From Deltaproteobacteria bacterium (GTDB taxonomy: Bacteria; Myxococcota; Kuafuiibacteriia; Kuafuiibacteriales; Kuafuiibacteriaceae), in the NCBI GenBank assembly GCA_040218735.1, contig JAVJQW010000033.1, positions 213,748-277,747 of the forward strand: 64,000 bases of DNA, read 5' to 3'. Below, piece after piece: positions 1-9,017 of this stretch. Numbering within the stretch: position 1 is the first letter of the stretch; each line of letters begins with the position of its first letter. Both the position numbers and the translations under genes were made by a program. The notes beneath the pieces were generated by a model. That model had not been told where the DNA came from, made no database searches, and saw only the letters and a list, made by a program, of their open reading frames with translations.

Positions 1-341
1 ACGGCCCGCCCGCGAAGCTGGTGACGCAGGCGCAGGCGCGCTGCGCCGGGAAGCGCATCGTGATCGTCAGCCACCGAAGGGACCCGGAGCTTCAGCGTCG
101 CGTCGAGGGTGCGTTGGCGGGGGCATCGATCGACTGGGCGGTGTCCGAGCCGAAGCGCCTGGAGGCGCTCGCGCAGACGATCGGTGACTACGATCTGGTC
201 CTCGGCGCGTTGGGGCTTCAAGCACCGCGCCCCGACTGCGCGCTCGCGCGCGCCTGCCGCGTCGCGGACACCCCGTACCTGCGCGTGAACCGCGGCCGCC
301 CGGTCGCGTGCCTGCGGGCGATCGCGCGCGTCGGCGCCTGA
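1..341 (+). CDS. 5'-truncated hypothetical protein, C-terminal DUF2325-like alpha/beta domain
   Basis: Frame is open from the window edge to TGA at 339-341; pattern RIVIVS...DYDLVLG...ARACRVADTPYLRV resembles DUF2325-type domains. Confidence 0.45.
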   Translation, partial: GPPAKLVTQAQARCAGKRIVIVSHRRDPELQRRVEGALAGASIDWAVSEPKRLEALAQTIGDYDLVLGALGLQAPRPDCALARACRVADTPYLRVNRGRPVACLRAIARVGA

Positions 342-409
342 GCCGGAATCGAACCGGTCCCACGTCTCGCGGGTTGGCGCCCGAGCGGGGAACTTGTTAG
401 CGCACGCGT

Positions 410-3106
410 ATGACGTGGCGACGCAGTGGTTTGGGCCTCGCTGTGTTGCTCGCTGCGTGTTCCGAGGCGCGTGAGGCTCCGCCGCTGCGCGTCGAGGTGA
501 TGGGGTGTGTCGAGTGGCCGCGGGGCGAGGCGTGCGCGCTTGGGACCGCCCCGCTGACGCTGTGGATCGAGCGGCCCGCCGAGGTCGCGATCGACGGCGA
601 GACGGTGGCCATCAGCGAGCGCGTCCCGGTGCAAGGCGGCTTGCGCCTGCGGGTCTCGGTGCGCCCTGGACGTCTGACGGTGACCGCGAAGGGGCGGCGT
701 CCCTACGTGCTGCCCCTCGTCGCCGCAACCCCCGATCCGCGGTTCGCGGCCGTCGCCCGCCTGCGGCGGAGCGGTGCGCTGACGGATGCCGAGACGCTGG
801 TCGCTCAGATCACCGCGACGTCGACGCCGAGCGGCGCACTCGCAGAAGCCGCACGCAACGCGCTCGCGGCGGGACGAGAACACGAAGCCATTCGTCTGTT
901 CGAAGCGAGCATCGCGGAGGGGGAACGTGAGGGACGGCCGCGGGCAGTGCTCCGCGATCGGACGGCGTTGGTCTACGTGATCATCGAGGGCGGGTTCCCG
1001 CCGGGTCGCGCTCGCCGAGAGCTGGATGCGCTCGCGCCGCTCGCGCAGAGGCACGCCGAGGCTGCTGCAGACCTCGCGTACTCGCAGGCCTACTACGCGA
1101 GCAAGATGCGTGCGCCCAGGCCGGGGCTCGCCGCGGTGCGTGAGCTCCTCGCACGAGCGGAGCGGTTGGGGCTCGACGAGAGCGAGCTCGACGGCCGCCA
1201 GATGCGCGTTGCGTTGTTGGTGCTCGCGGGACGCTGGGCCGAGGTCGCCGAGGAGTTGAGCCGGGTTCGCGCGACGTTGTCGACGCCGTGGTCCGCCTGC
1301 AAGCGCGGCGAGCTGCTCGCCAACCTCGGCTGGTACCAGCTACTGGGATACCGAGCGTCGCCAGAACACTTTCCGGAGCCACCGCAACCGATCCTCCAGC
1401 AGGCGGTGGTGGCGCTGAAGAAGGATTGCCCGCGCCCGACGCTCCTCGCGACCGCGGAGGTCAACCTCGGCTGGGCAGCGCTGTTCGCCGGACAACTCGA
1501 CGAGGTTCGCGTTCGCCTGGGCGCGGCCGAAGCTGCGGACCCGACGCCCTCGCCGCGGGCTCGCTTGGACCGGCAGCACCTCGAGGCCGAGCTCCTGCTC
1601 GCCGCCGAACAGCACCGAGGCGCCCTGGATGCGTTCGTTGCGCTGGAAGCGCGCGCCGCGCAAGTCGGCTTGCCGTTCATAGGATGGCGCGCCGCCGTGG
1701 GGCGGGGGATGGCCCTCGAGGGCCTCTCGGACCTGCCGGGAGCCATCCGAGCCTACCAGGACGCCGAGCACCGGCTCGCCGCGCTGGCCGAGCGCGTCCC
1801 GCTTGGCGAAGGGCGTGACGGTCTGCTGTTCGAGCGCGGTGAGAGCGCCGAGCGTCTCGTCGACGCATTGACTCGCGCGGACCGCGGGGTCGAGGCCATC
1901 GAGGCCATCCGTCGTGCACGTCGCGGTGTCCTCTCTTGGTCACGCGGCGAGCGGGCGCTGCTCCTGCAACCCGTGGACGAGGAACGCGACGCCACGCAAG
2001 CTCGCTTGCGAGCGGCGCGGGCCGCCCTCGTGGACGCGGTGGCGGAGTCCTGGGCGTTGCCCGCGGACGCGCTCGCCCGCGACCGCGCCGCGCTCGATGC
2101 GAAGGCCGCAGAGGCGCGTGCTGCGCTCGACGCGTTCTGGTCGAATCGGCGCGATGTCGTCGGAGCGACCGCGCTGGGCGCTGCGCCTACGCCGCTCCCA
2201 ACGCCGCGGCCGGGTGATGCTTCGCTGTTCGTGCATCCCGTGGGGCAGGGGATGGTCGCGTGGCTGTGGACCTCGACGGGTTTGTGGTCGGCGACATCGA
2301 CCCAGGCCACGCCCGCGCAGCTGCGGCCGCTCGCCCCGCGCCTCGCGGGCATCACTCGGCTCGAGGTGTACGCGTCCCCGGTGCTCGAGTCCCTGGACTG
2401 GGCGGGGTGGCGAGTCGATGAAGCTCCGCTGTTTCGGCGAACGGAGGTCGTCTTCCCGTTGGACCTCGGCCGCGTGGAGCCCGTAGCAGCTCCGGAAGCG
2501 CGGCCCAGAGCGCTGGTCGTCGCCGACCCCGCGGGCGCTTTGCCTCGAGCCCAGGACGAGGGCCGCGCGGTCGCCCGGGTGTTGAAGCGCCGGGGATTCG
2601 ACGTCGTCGCTCTGATCGGGCCCACGGAGCGAAATCGGGTCCTCGAGGTGCTCGGCCAGCCGTGGGATCTGATGCACTACTCCGGACACGGCGAACAAGA
2701 CGGCCTCGACGGCGTGGAAGGGGGGCTCGTCATGCAAGCTGGCTTGCGGATCTCCGTGACCGATGTGCTCGCGCTCCCGCGCGCGCCGCGGCGTGTGATT
2801 CTGGTTGCGTGTGACTTGGGGCGACGTGGGTCGCGTGAAGGGCGCCCGGGTCTGGGGATGACTCAGGCCTTCGTGCTCCGGGGCAGCGAACAGGTCGTGG
2901 CGGCTCTTCGGCCCGTTCGTGACCAGGACGCGACGCAGTGGTTGGGCGCGTTCCTCGACGCCTGGTCCTCGAGCCAGGACTTTGGGCCCGCCGTCCGCGC
3001 GGCGCGCGCCGCGTTGGCCGAGGACCGGCCCGAGGTGGATGCGGCGGCCTTTCGTGTTTGGACGTCCCGTGCAAGAACGAGGGCATTCGCCGCGAAGGAC
3101 GAGTAG
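410..3106 (+). CDS. Lipoprotein with TPR-like helical region and C-terminal CHAT (caspase HetF-associated) protease domain
   Basis: Lipobox LLAAC; long Ala/Leu-rich helical region; CHAT motifs ALVVADPAGALPRAQDEG, MHYSGHG, VILVACD, GMTQAFVLRGSEQVVAALRPV. Confidence 0.85.
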   Translation: MTWRRSGLGLAVLLAACSEAREAPPLRVEVMGCVEWPRGEACALGTAPLTLWIERPAEVAIDGETVAISERVPVQGGLRLRVSVRPGRLTVTAKGRRPYVLPLVAATPDPRFAAVARLRRSGALTDAETLVAQITATSTPSGALAEAARNALAAGREHEAIRLFEASIAEGEREGRPRAVLRDRTALVYVIIEGGFPPGRARRELDALAPLAQRHAEAAADLAYSQAYYASKMRAPRPGLAAVRELLARAERLGLDESELDGRQMRVALLVLAGRWAEVAEELSRVRATLSTPWSACKRGELLANLGWYQLLGYRASPEHFPEPPQPILQQAVVALKKDCPRPTLLATAEVNLGWAALFAGQLDEVRVRLGAAEAADPTPSPRARLDRQHLEAELLLAAEQHRGALDAFVALEARAAQVGLPFIGWRAAVGRGMALEGLSDLPGAIRAYQDAEHRLAALAERVPLGEGRDGLLFERGESAERLVDALTRADRGVEAIEAIRRARRGVLSWSRGERALLLQPVDEERDATQARLRAARAALVDAVAESWALPADALARDRAALDAKAAEARAALDAFWSNRRDVVGATALGAAPTPLPTPRPGDASLFVHPVGQGMVAWLWTSTGLWSATSTQATPAQLRPLAPRLAGITRLEVYASPVLESLDWAGWRVDEAPLFRRTEVVFPLDLGRVEPVAAPEARPRALVVADPAGALPRAQDEGRAVARVLKRRGFDVVALIGPTERNRVLEVLGQPWDLMHYSGHGEQDGLDGVEGGLVMQAGLRISVTDVLALPRAPRRVILVACDLGRRGSREGRPGLGMTQAFVLRGSEQVVAALRPVRDQDATQWLGAFLDAWSSSQDFGPAVRAARAALAEDRPEVDAAAFRVWTSRARTRAFAAKDE

Positions 3107-3170
3107 AGGGCCGTAGAGCCCTCGGGAAGCGAGGCCGTGAATGGCACGATTGAGGGATCGGTTCGGGGGG

Positions 3171-3653
3171 ATGTGGCGCGTCACCCTCGTGATGTTTGCG
3201 CTGATGGGCTGCAAGACGACGGCGTCCAGCCCCGCCGCCGAGCCCCCCGCATCGAGCGCAGTGGCGTCGGATGACGACCGCGAGGTCACCGGCCCCTCCG
3301 AACGGCTCCGCGCCGAGGGGACGATCCCGGAGCCGGAGGTTGGGCCCTGTAAGAACTGCTCCGTCGACATTGCGCGGCGCGTGCAAGGCAGCTTTCAAGA
3401 CGTGCCGAAGTGCGGCGCGTCCGGTGAGCCCGTCGTGTACCCGATCAGCGCGCCGCGGATCGTGGTCCTCGCGGGTGACCAGCAGGGGGACACGTTCGAT
3501 CTCGACGGCGCACCCGCGACGTTCGAAGTCGGCGCCCCGCTGGAGGGTGAGCTGCCTCCGGAAGCCAAGCCCGAGGGCTGGGTCGAAGCGCAGATCGTCG
3601 TGACCGACAGCGCCGAACGAACCTGCAGCTCGACCCTCAAGATCCTGCAGTGA
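3171..3653 (+). CDS. Hypothetical lipoprotein
   Basis: MWRVTLVMFALMGC lipobox, followed by a Pro/Ser linker and a small Cys-containing beta domain; alternative start at 3141. Confidence 0.6.
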   Translation: MWRVTLVMFALMGCKTTASSPAAEPPASSAVASDDDREVTGPSERLRAEGTIPEPEVGPCKNCSVDIARRVQGSFQDVPKCGASGEPVVYPISAPRIVVLAGDQQGDTFDLDGAPATFEVGAPLEGELPPEAKPEGWVEAQIVVTDSAERTCSSTLKILQ

Positions 3654-3656
3654 CGC

Positions 3657-4784
3657 TCACGGACAGACCCAGATCTTTCCGGTGACGTAGCCGCGTCGCG
3701 GCGTCTTCGGATCGGCCGTGCTCCACACGGCCGCTGACCACGGACCGCGACCATCCTCGTCGAGGATGAAGACGTCGTCCCAGCGCCAGCGCGTGGGGCT
3801 CAACCACCGAATTTGTTGTGGCGGGACCTCGATGTCGACGCGGGGCGCCTGCACCTTCAGCGCGAGATCACGGTTGTCGAGGCGACCGTCGAGCGCAATG
3901 ACGAGTCGCCGGAAGTCGCCCTCCATCTTCGAGGTCGACACGCGAAGCCGCACCGGCGCGCCCCCCGGCAAGATCGGGAGCCGCGCCGACGCGCCGAGGG
4001 CGACACAGAGCGTCTCCGCCCACGGGACGTGCGCGATGGGCCAGCCGTAGTTGACGTTCGGCAGCGCGCCGCCGTGCACGGCGATGATGTGCTGGGTGCG
4101 ACGGTCGATCAGCGCGGCACCACTGTCGCCACCCTCGGTGTCGCAGTCATGGAGGATGCGGCGCCGACGGCGATCGTAGCGCGCCGTGCAGGAGTCGTTG
4201 ACGCGGAGGATGCCCTTCGAGAGGCCGTAGAGTCTGACCTCGCGCTCCCGCACGCGGGACCAGTCGAAGGTGTAGTCGACCGGGAACGCGGGGAGCTCGG
4301 CGACGGCGCTGGCGTCATCGACCTGGACGAGGGCGTGGTCGCGGTGTTCGTCGAACGCAAACGTCACGATCCTGCAACCTAGCTTGCGGCCATCGAAGAG
4401 CGTGAGTGGTGAAGGGCACGGCGCGCTCCGGAAGCCGCGGAAGCCGGGCTCCTCGCTGATGCAGTGGCCGGCGGTGAGGAAGAGTCCACGGCCCACGTGG
4501 GTCGCCGTGCAAACGCCGAAGCGCGCGAACGCTTCGCCGTAGTCGACGCCCTCCGGGTTGCGAACCTTGGCGCCGGGGACGATGCGTTTTCGTCCGTCCG
4601 GCCCGATGACCTGGCGCCCGTCTTCGATCGGTTCGGCGCCGGAGCTGGGATGAATGCCGGGGATGGCGCGCGGAGTCTCCGCGACGGCGGAGCGGTCGAG
4701 GCGCTTCAACCCGGTCGCTCCAGGAGGAGCAGGGGTCGAGGGCGGCGTGCTCGACAGGCTGAGCAGCAGGAGCACCGCGTTCAC
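3657..4784 (-). CDS. Secreted trypsin-like serine protease (S1) with divergent C-terminal P-domain-like module
   Basis: Signal peptide; catalytic motifs LTAGHC, DHALV and CDTEGGDSGA; C-terminal DLALKVQAP...DEDGRGPW resembles a proprotein convertase P-domain. Confidence 0.85.
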   Translation of the reverse strand: MNAVLLLLSLSSTPPSTPAPPGATGLKRLDRSAVAETPRAIPGIHPSSGAEPIEDGRQVIGPDGRKRIVPGAKVRNPEGVDYGEAFARFGVCTATHVGRGLFLTAGHCISEEPGFRGFRSAPCPSPLTLFDGRKLGCRIVTFAFDEHRDHALVQVDDASAVAELPAFPVDYTFDWSRVREREVRLYGLSKGILRVNDSCTARYDRRRRRILHDCDTEGGDSGAALIDRRTQHIIAVHGGALPNVNYGWPIAHVPWAETLCVALGASARLPILPGGAPVRLRVSTSKMEGDFRRLVIALDGRLDNRDLALKVQAPRVDIEVPPQQIRWLSPTRWRWDDVFILDEDGRGPWSAAVWSTADPKTPRRGYVTGKIWVCP

Positions 4785-6355
4785 CGGACCAACCTCACGG
4801 CTTCGGACTTCGCGCGACGCCCGCGGAAGGCGGGTTGTAGATCATCGGCGCGGTCCGGGTCGCTGACACGATTGCCGAGGATGCGCACCGCCTCCAGCCG
4901 ATACTGATCCGTCCGTAGCACCGAGATGAGCCGCAGGACCTGCGCGATCGTGACGCTCTTGCCGCGCGTTCCGGCGTCGACCGCCTCCATCTGGCTGCGG
5001 AAGTCGCGGGCGGCGTTCACGCGTCCGCGGAGCGCCTCCAGCTCGGATGTGCTCAACGGCGGTGCGACGCCGAGGGTCCTGAACATCTTGCGGACGGCGT
5101 CCTTGGACGAGGCGAAGGAGAGATCGTCCAGCACCGCGTCGAGCGACTCGGGGTCGCTCACCTGCCGTCGCAGCAGCTCGATGACTCGAACCTTGTCGCC
5201 CTCGAGATCGAAGTGCGCGATCAGTCGACGGACCTGCGCGATGGTGAACGCCCGGTCGCGCGTGCCGAACTCCAACACCGCCATCTTGTCTGCGCTGAAG
5301 GACTCGGCCTCCAACATGCGTTCGAGCGCCGCGAGCTCGCGGTTCTGCGCCGAATCCAGGCTCTGAGCGATCGGTGCGCCGCGGGTGCGCCCTTCGATCG
5401 TCTGCGCCGGGACCGCGAGCGGAGCGGGGTCCGGCGGGGGCGCGCCCCCGTCGGTGGGGACGAGCACCAGCTCGGCGAACAGCGACGTTGCTTCCCACGG
5501 GAGCTGCCTCGCGCCACTACCCTCGTAGACCTTCCGCCGCACCGAGCGGAAGATCTGATCCACCGTCCAACCCGGCGTGGTGATCTCCTGAATCAGCACC
5601 CCGGTGTACGCGCTGTGTCCGCCCGGTGCGCCGTCGGCGGCCGCGTGCCCGGGCGAGGTCGCGTAGGCGATGAGTGTGCGGGGCGGCGCTTCGACGAACG
5701 TCTGCCCGACCGCGTCCCGCGCCGGCGCTGCGTGAGGCGGCGTTCGACACGCGTCGAGGATGACGATGCGGACGGCGTCCTCGGCTTGACTCAGCTCCGC
5801 GAGCACATCGTTCAGGCTGACGGCCTTCTTCGCGAAGTCGGGCCCGAACGGGGTGCTGCGGATCGGCATGAGATAACTCAGCTCGCCGTCCTGCAGGCCG
5901 TGTCCCGCAAAGTAGAACAGCCCGACGCCCTTCTTCTTGCGAAGCTCGAAGGCAAAGGCGGAGAGCGCGTCCTTCATGTCGATCGCTTCGAGGTTGCGGT
6001 GCTCGGTGACTTCGAAGCCGATCGTCTTCAGCGCGGCCGCGAGCGCGTGCGCGTCGTTGAGGGGGTTGGCGAGCCTGGCGTCACCGTCGTAGCTCGCATT
6101 GCCGATCACGAGCGCGAGGCGGGGTCGTGTGTCCGCGGAGCCGGGGACCGGCGCGGGTCCTGCGGCCTCGCTCGACTCCGCCATCACCCTCGGGTTCTTC
6201 TTCGGGGCAGGCGACCCGTCCTCGGTCGACCCGCCCGCCCGGGCAGGCTCCTCGAAGTCGGCCGGAGGTGGAGTGTGGGCTCCGGGCGTTGCGCAGCCGG
6301 CGGCGACCGCCACGGCGAGCCCGAACACACGTCGCACGAAGGTTCGCGCCGTCAT
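4781..6355 (-). CDS. Caspase-family (peptidase C14) lipoprotein with two C-terminal DUF4476-like repeats
   Basis: Lipobox VAAGC; RLALVIGNASY, FYFAGHG, IVILDACR, IAYATSPG; two repeats FTIAQVRRLI...VSDPE and VTIAQVLRLI...VSDPD; 4-bp overlap with the trypsin gene. Confidence 0.85.
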   Translation of the reverse strand: MTARTFVRRVFGLAVAVAAGCATPGAHTPPPADFEEPARAGGSTEDGSPAPKKNPRVMAESSEAAGPAPVPGSADTRPRLALVIGNASYDGDARLANPLNDAHALAAALKTIGFEVTEHRNLEAIDMKDALSAFAFELRKKKGVGLFYFAGHGLQDGELSYLMPIRSTPFGPDFAKKAVSLNDVLAELSQAEDAVRIVILDACRTPPHAAPARDAVGQTFVEAPPRTLIAYATSPGHAAADGAPGGHSAYTGVLIQEITTPGWTVDQIFRSVRRKVYEGSGARQLPWEATSLFAELVLVPTDGGAPPPDPAPLAVPAQTIEGRTRGAPIAQSLDSAQNRELAALERMLEAESFSADKMAVLEFGTRDRAFTIAQVRRLIAHFDLEGDKVRVIELLRRQVSDPESLDAVLDDLSFASSKDAVRKMFRTLGVAPPLSTSELEALRGRVNAARDFRSQMEAVDAGTRGKSVTIAQVLRLISVLRTDQYRLEAVRILGNRVSDPDRADDLQPAFRGRRAKSEAVRLVR

Positions 6356-6447
6356 CTCGCCGGCACCCTAGCGCCGACCCGCCCACCGGTCGAATTCGGC
6401 CGGCCCCGCTTCCACGAACCTACGCACCCAACTCGACGAGCTCTGCC

Positions 6448-7962
6448 TCAACGGGGGGTGACCTCCGGCGCGCGCGTCGCGCTCAGCTCGAGCCAACGCT
6501 TCCCGCCCGTGCACGACCCATCGGCGCGCGGACGTTCGGTGCCTGCGCAGACGCAGATCCACTCCACGGGCTCGCCCGCCGCGGGGCGCTGGTTTCGGTA
6601 GGTCGAGCCCGCCGGGACGGTGTCGTCGCACTCCGGGGGTTTGGCGTTCGTCCCGTAGAGCCGCCGGGTCACCGCGTTCGTCGGGCCCTCGTACCGATCC
6701 CCCGCGCGGCCGATCCATGCGCGGCCCGGCTCGAGCTTCGAGCCCTGCGCCGACTGCGAAGCATAGCCGGTGACGGCAAGCGCCCCCGCGCCCGCGCCGC
6801 CTGCGCGCCAGCCCCACGTCTTCGAAAGGTCGTCCCAGATCAGGCGCAGGTTCGTGTTGCGGTCGCCCTGCAGCTCCACCGCGAGCGCCGCGTTCTTGCC
6901 GACGTCGCCGAGGTGCACCGCGCCGTTGTGATCGCCGCGGCCGAGCACCTGGAGCGCGCCGCCGACCGCGCGACCCCGCCAGTGCGCGATCCCCGCGGTG
7001 CGCGGACGACTGATGCCACCGATGATCTGCGTGTTGCCGAGGTACACCGAGCCGCGCCCGCCGGTCTCCTCGTACGGGTTCAACAGGAGCGTCACCGCCG
7101 TCTTGCTCTCACCCGTGACGTAGCCCGGGTGGTGCGCCAGGGGATCGTCGGCGCCCGCGTCCGCGTCCCAGAGGTACGCGACGTGCGGCGCCACGAACGT
7201 CGTACCGAAGCTCGAACGATCGCGTACCCCCCAGCACGATAGCGGCCGGGTCCCGTCCCACCGCCCCGCGCGCCGACACACCTTGGCGACGTTCAGACCG
7301 ACGGCGGTTCCGTTGTTCGCGTCGGCGCCTTCGATATAGACGCCCCAACCCCCGAGCTGGATCGCGCTCAGGTTGTAGACCGCCCAACCGTTCGCATTGC
7401 CGTTCGGGTGCGCGGCCGTGACGTGGAGCGCGTGACCGAAGCGCTGCACCGTGACCCGCTCGATGCGCACCGGCGTGCGTGCGATGAGCGCCGTGCTCTC
7501 TTGGTGTTCCTTCCCCCCGCGCAACTCACCTTGCAGGTAGACGTCGGAGATCGCGACGAAGCCGGCGGAGACGTGATCGTCCGGGGTGCTGGGGCAGCGG
7601 TTCTTGCCGCCCTTCACCGAGTACCAGGTGCGCAGGCCGTCGACGCCGTGGGCGAAGGTCAGCGTGGTGCCACCGTTGGCGTGGCCCTCGCCGCACCCGC
7701 GGATCGTCACGCCGCGGCAGAGATCCCAGGGGCGGGTGAAGCGGTACTCCGCGCAGCCGAGCTGAATCGCGCACCCGCGCCGCTTCTCCGCGCCGCTCCC
7801 CTTGGGCGCGCAGGTCGGCGACGAGAGCAAGCGATCCACCTCGTCCGACCAGTCGCCGCGAGGCCCGTACGCCGGGCAGCGGCCGCCTTCGCAGAGGTCT
7901 TCGAGGCGGAGCGCGGTGGGCGCGGGGGTGCTGGCGAGGAGCGCGAGCGCGACGACGAACAT
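6448..7962 (-). CDS. Secreted parallel beta-helix (pectin-lyase/tailspike-like) protein
   Basis: Start taken at ATG of MFVVALALLAST (signal peptide); GVTIRGCG...TTLTF, ISDVYLQG, VRIERVTVQRFG...NGNAN beta-helix rungs; C-terminal GSTYRNQRPAAGEPVEWICV motif. Confidence 0.6.
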   Translation of the reverse strand: MFVVALALLASTPAPTALRLEDLCEGGRCPAYGPRGDWSDEVDRLLSSPTCAPKGSGAEKRRGCAIQLGCAEYRFTRPWDLCRGVTIRGCGEGHANGGTTLTFAHGVDGLRTWYSVKGGKNRCPSTPDDHVSAGFVAISDVYLQGELRGGKEHQESTALIARTPVRIERVTVQRFGHALHVTAAHPNGNANGWAVYNLSAIQLGGWGVYIEGADANNGTAVGLNVAKVCRRAGRWDGTRPLSCWGVRDRSSFGTTFVAPHVAYLWDADAGADDPLAHHPGYVTGESKTAVTLLLNPYEETGGRGSVYLGNTQIIGGISRPRTAGIAHWRGRAVGGALQVLGRGDHNGAVHLGDVGKNAALAVELQGDRNTNLRLIWDDLSKTWGWRAGGAGAGALAVTGYASQSAQGSKLEPGRAWIGRAGDRYEGPTNAVTRRLYGTNAKPPECDDTVPAGSTYRNQRPAAGEPVEWICVCAGTERPRADGSCTGGKRWLELSATRAPEVTPR

Positions 7963-7988
7963 CGCGGCGGATTGTGCGTCAGATCGAG

Positions 7989-9017
7989 CTACTCCGGGAA
8001 CACGACGGCCAAACGCTCTCGCATTCGAGGGTCCGCGTCTTCGAGCGCGACGAGGTCCGCGTCCAGCGATGCCGCGCGCCGCTGCGCAAACGGCACCAGC
8101 CGATACGACACCACGCCCGACGCACCGAGCTCCACCACGAACACCCCGCCCAACCGCACCGGCCACCCGACACGCTCCAGCGCGGGGCCGTTCAGGTTAC
8201 CGAGGCTGTAGAGGCACAGCCGATCCCCGAACCGCTCCAGCGGCATCAACACGTGCGGGTGGTGGCCGACGATCACGTCGAAGCCCGACTCGGCGAGGCG
8301 CCCCGCGAGAGCGCGCGTCGACGCGCGCGGGAAGTGCCGGAACTCGTACTCCCAGTGCGGCGTCGCCACGAGCACATCGACCGAAGCGCGAAGCTCGGCG
8401 AAGTCGAACGCCTCCACGTCTCGCGTACGAACGATGTTCGGCCAGCCGGGTAGCCGCTGCTCCGAGTTCAGCCACTCGGACCAGGCTACGACGCCGATGC
8501 GTTTCCCCGCGCGCTCCACGATCCGATACGGCGCGGCCTCCGCGTCCGCGAGCGCGCCGACCGCGACCGCCCCGTGTTTCTCGATGCGCTCCACCGACCC
8601 CACCAAGCCGTCCACGCCCTGGTCGGCGATGTGATTGTTCGCGATCGACAGCACCGCCTTGTCCGCCGGGACGCCGAGCCGCTCCAAGAAACCGAACAGG
8701 AACGCCTCCGCCATCGCGAAGTGCCCGACGTAACGCGCGTACGGCCGCAGCTCCTCGAACATCACCGGCGCTTCGCAGTTCGCGAACACCAGATCCGCGC
8801 TGCGCAAGGCATCTTGCACGACGTCGGGCACCTGGGGGATGCGGTCGTTCTGCATGCACATCAAGTCCCCGAGGAACGCGAGCGTCAGCTCGACGGGTTC
8901 GTCGCGGATCCGCCCCGACCGCGGCAGCGGAACGAGGTCGGTCGGGTTCTGGGTCGAAGGGTTGAAGTAGTCGAGGAGCCAGCGGAACCCGTAGTACCAG
9001 GGGTAGGGCGAGCTCAT
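7989..9017 (-). CDS. CapA/PgsA-family metallophosphatase (poly-gamma-glutamate synthesis family)
   Basis: Motifs LAFLGDLM, ADLVFANCEAP, LSIANNHIADQG, PHWEYE, DVIVGHHPHV, YSLGN; ATG at 9017 overlaps the upstream stop. Confidence 0.9.
   Translation of the reverse strand: MSSPYPWYYGFRWLLDYFNPSTQNPTDLVPLPRSGRIRDEPVELTLAFLGDLMCMQNDRIPQVPDVVQDALRSADLVFANCEAPVMFEELRPYARYVGHFAMAEAFLFGFLERLGVPADKAVLSIANNHIADQGVDGLVGSVERIEKHGAVAVGALADAEAAPYRIVERAGKRIGVVAWSEWLNSEQRLPGWPNIVRTRDVEAFDFAELRASVDVLVATPHWEYEFRHFPRASTRALAGRLAESGFDVIVGHHPHVLMPLERFGDRLCLYSLGNLNGPALERVGWPVRLGGVFVVELGASGVVSYRLVPFAQRRAASLDADLVALEDADPRMRERLAVVFPE

Noticed and set aside
3142-3157. sigma54 promoter (TGGCAC)
   Set aside because: No GC at the -12 position.
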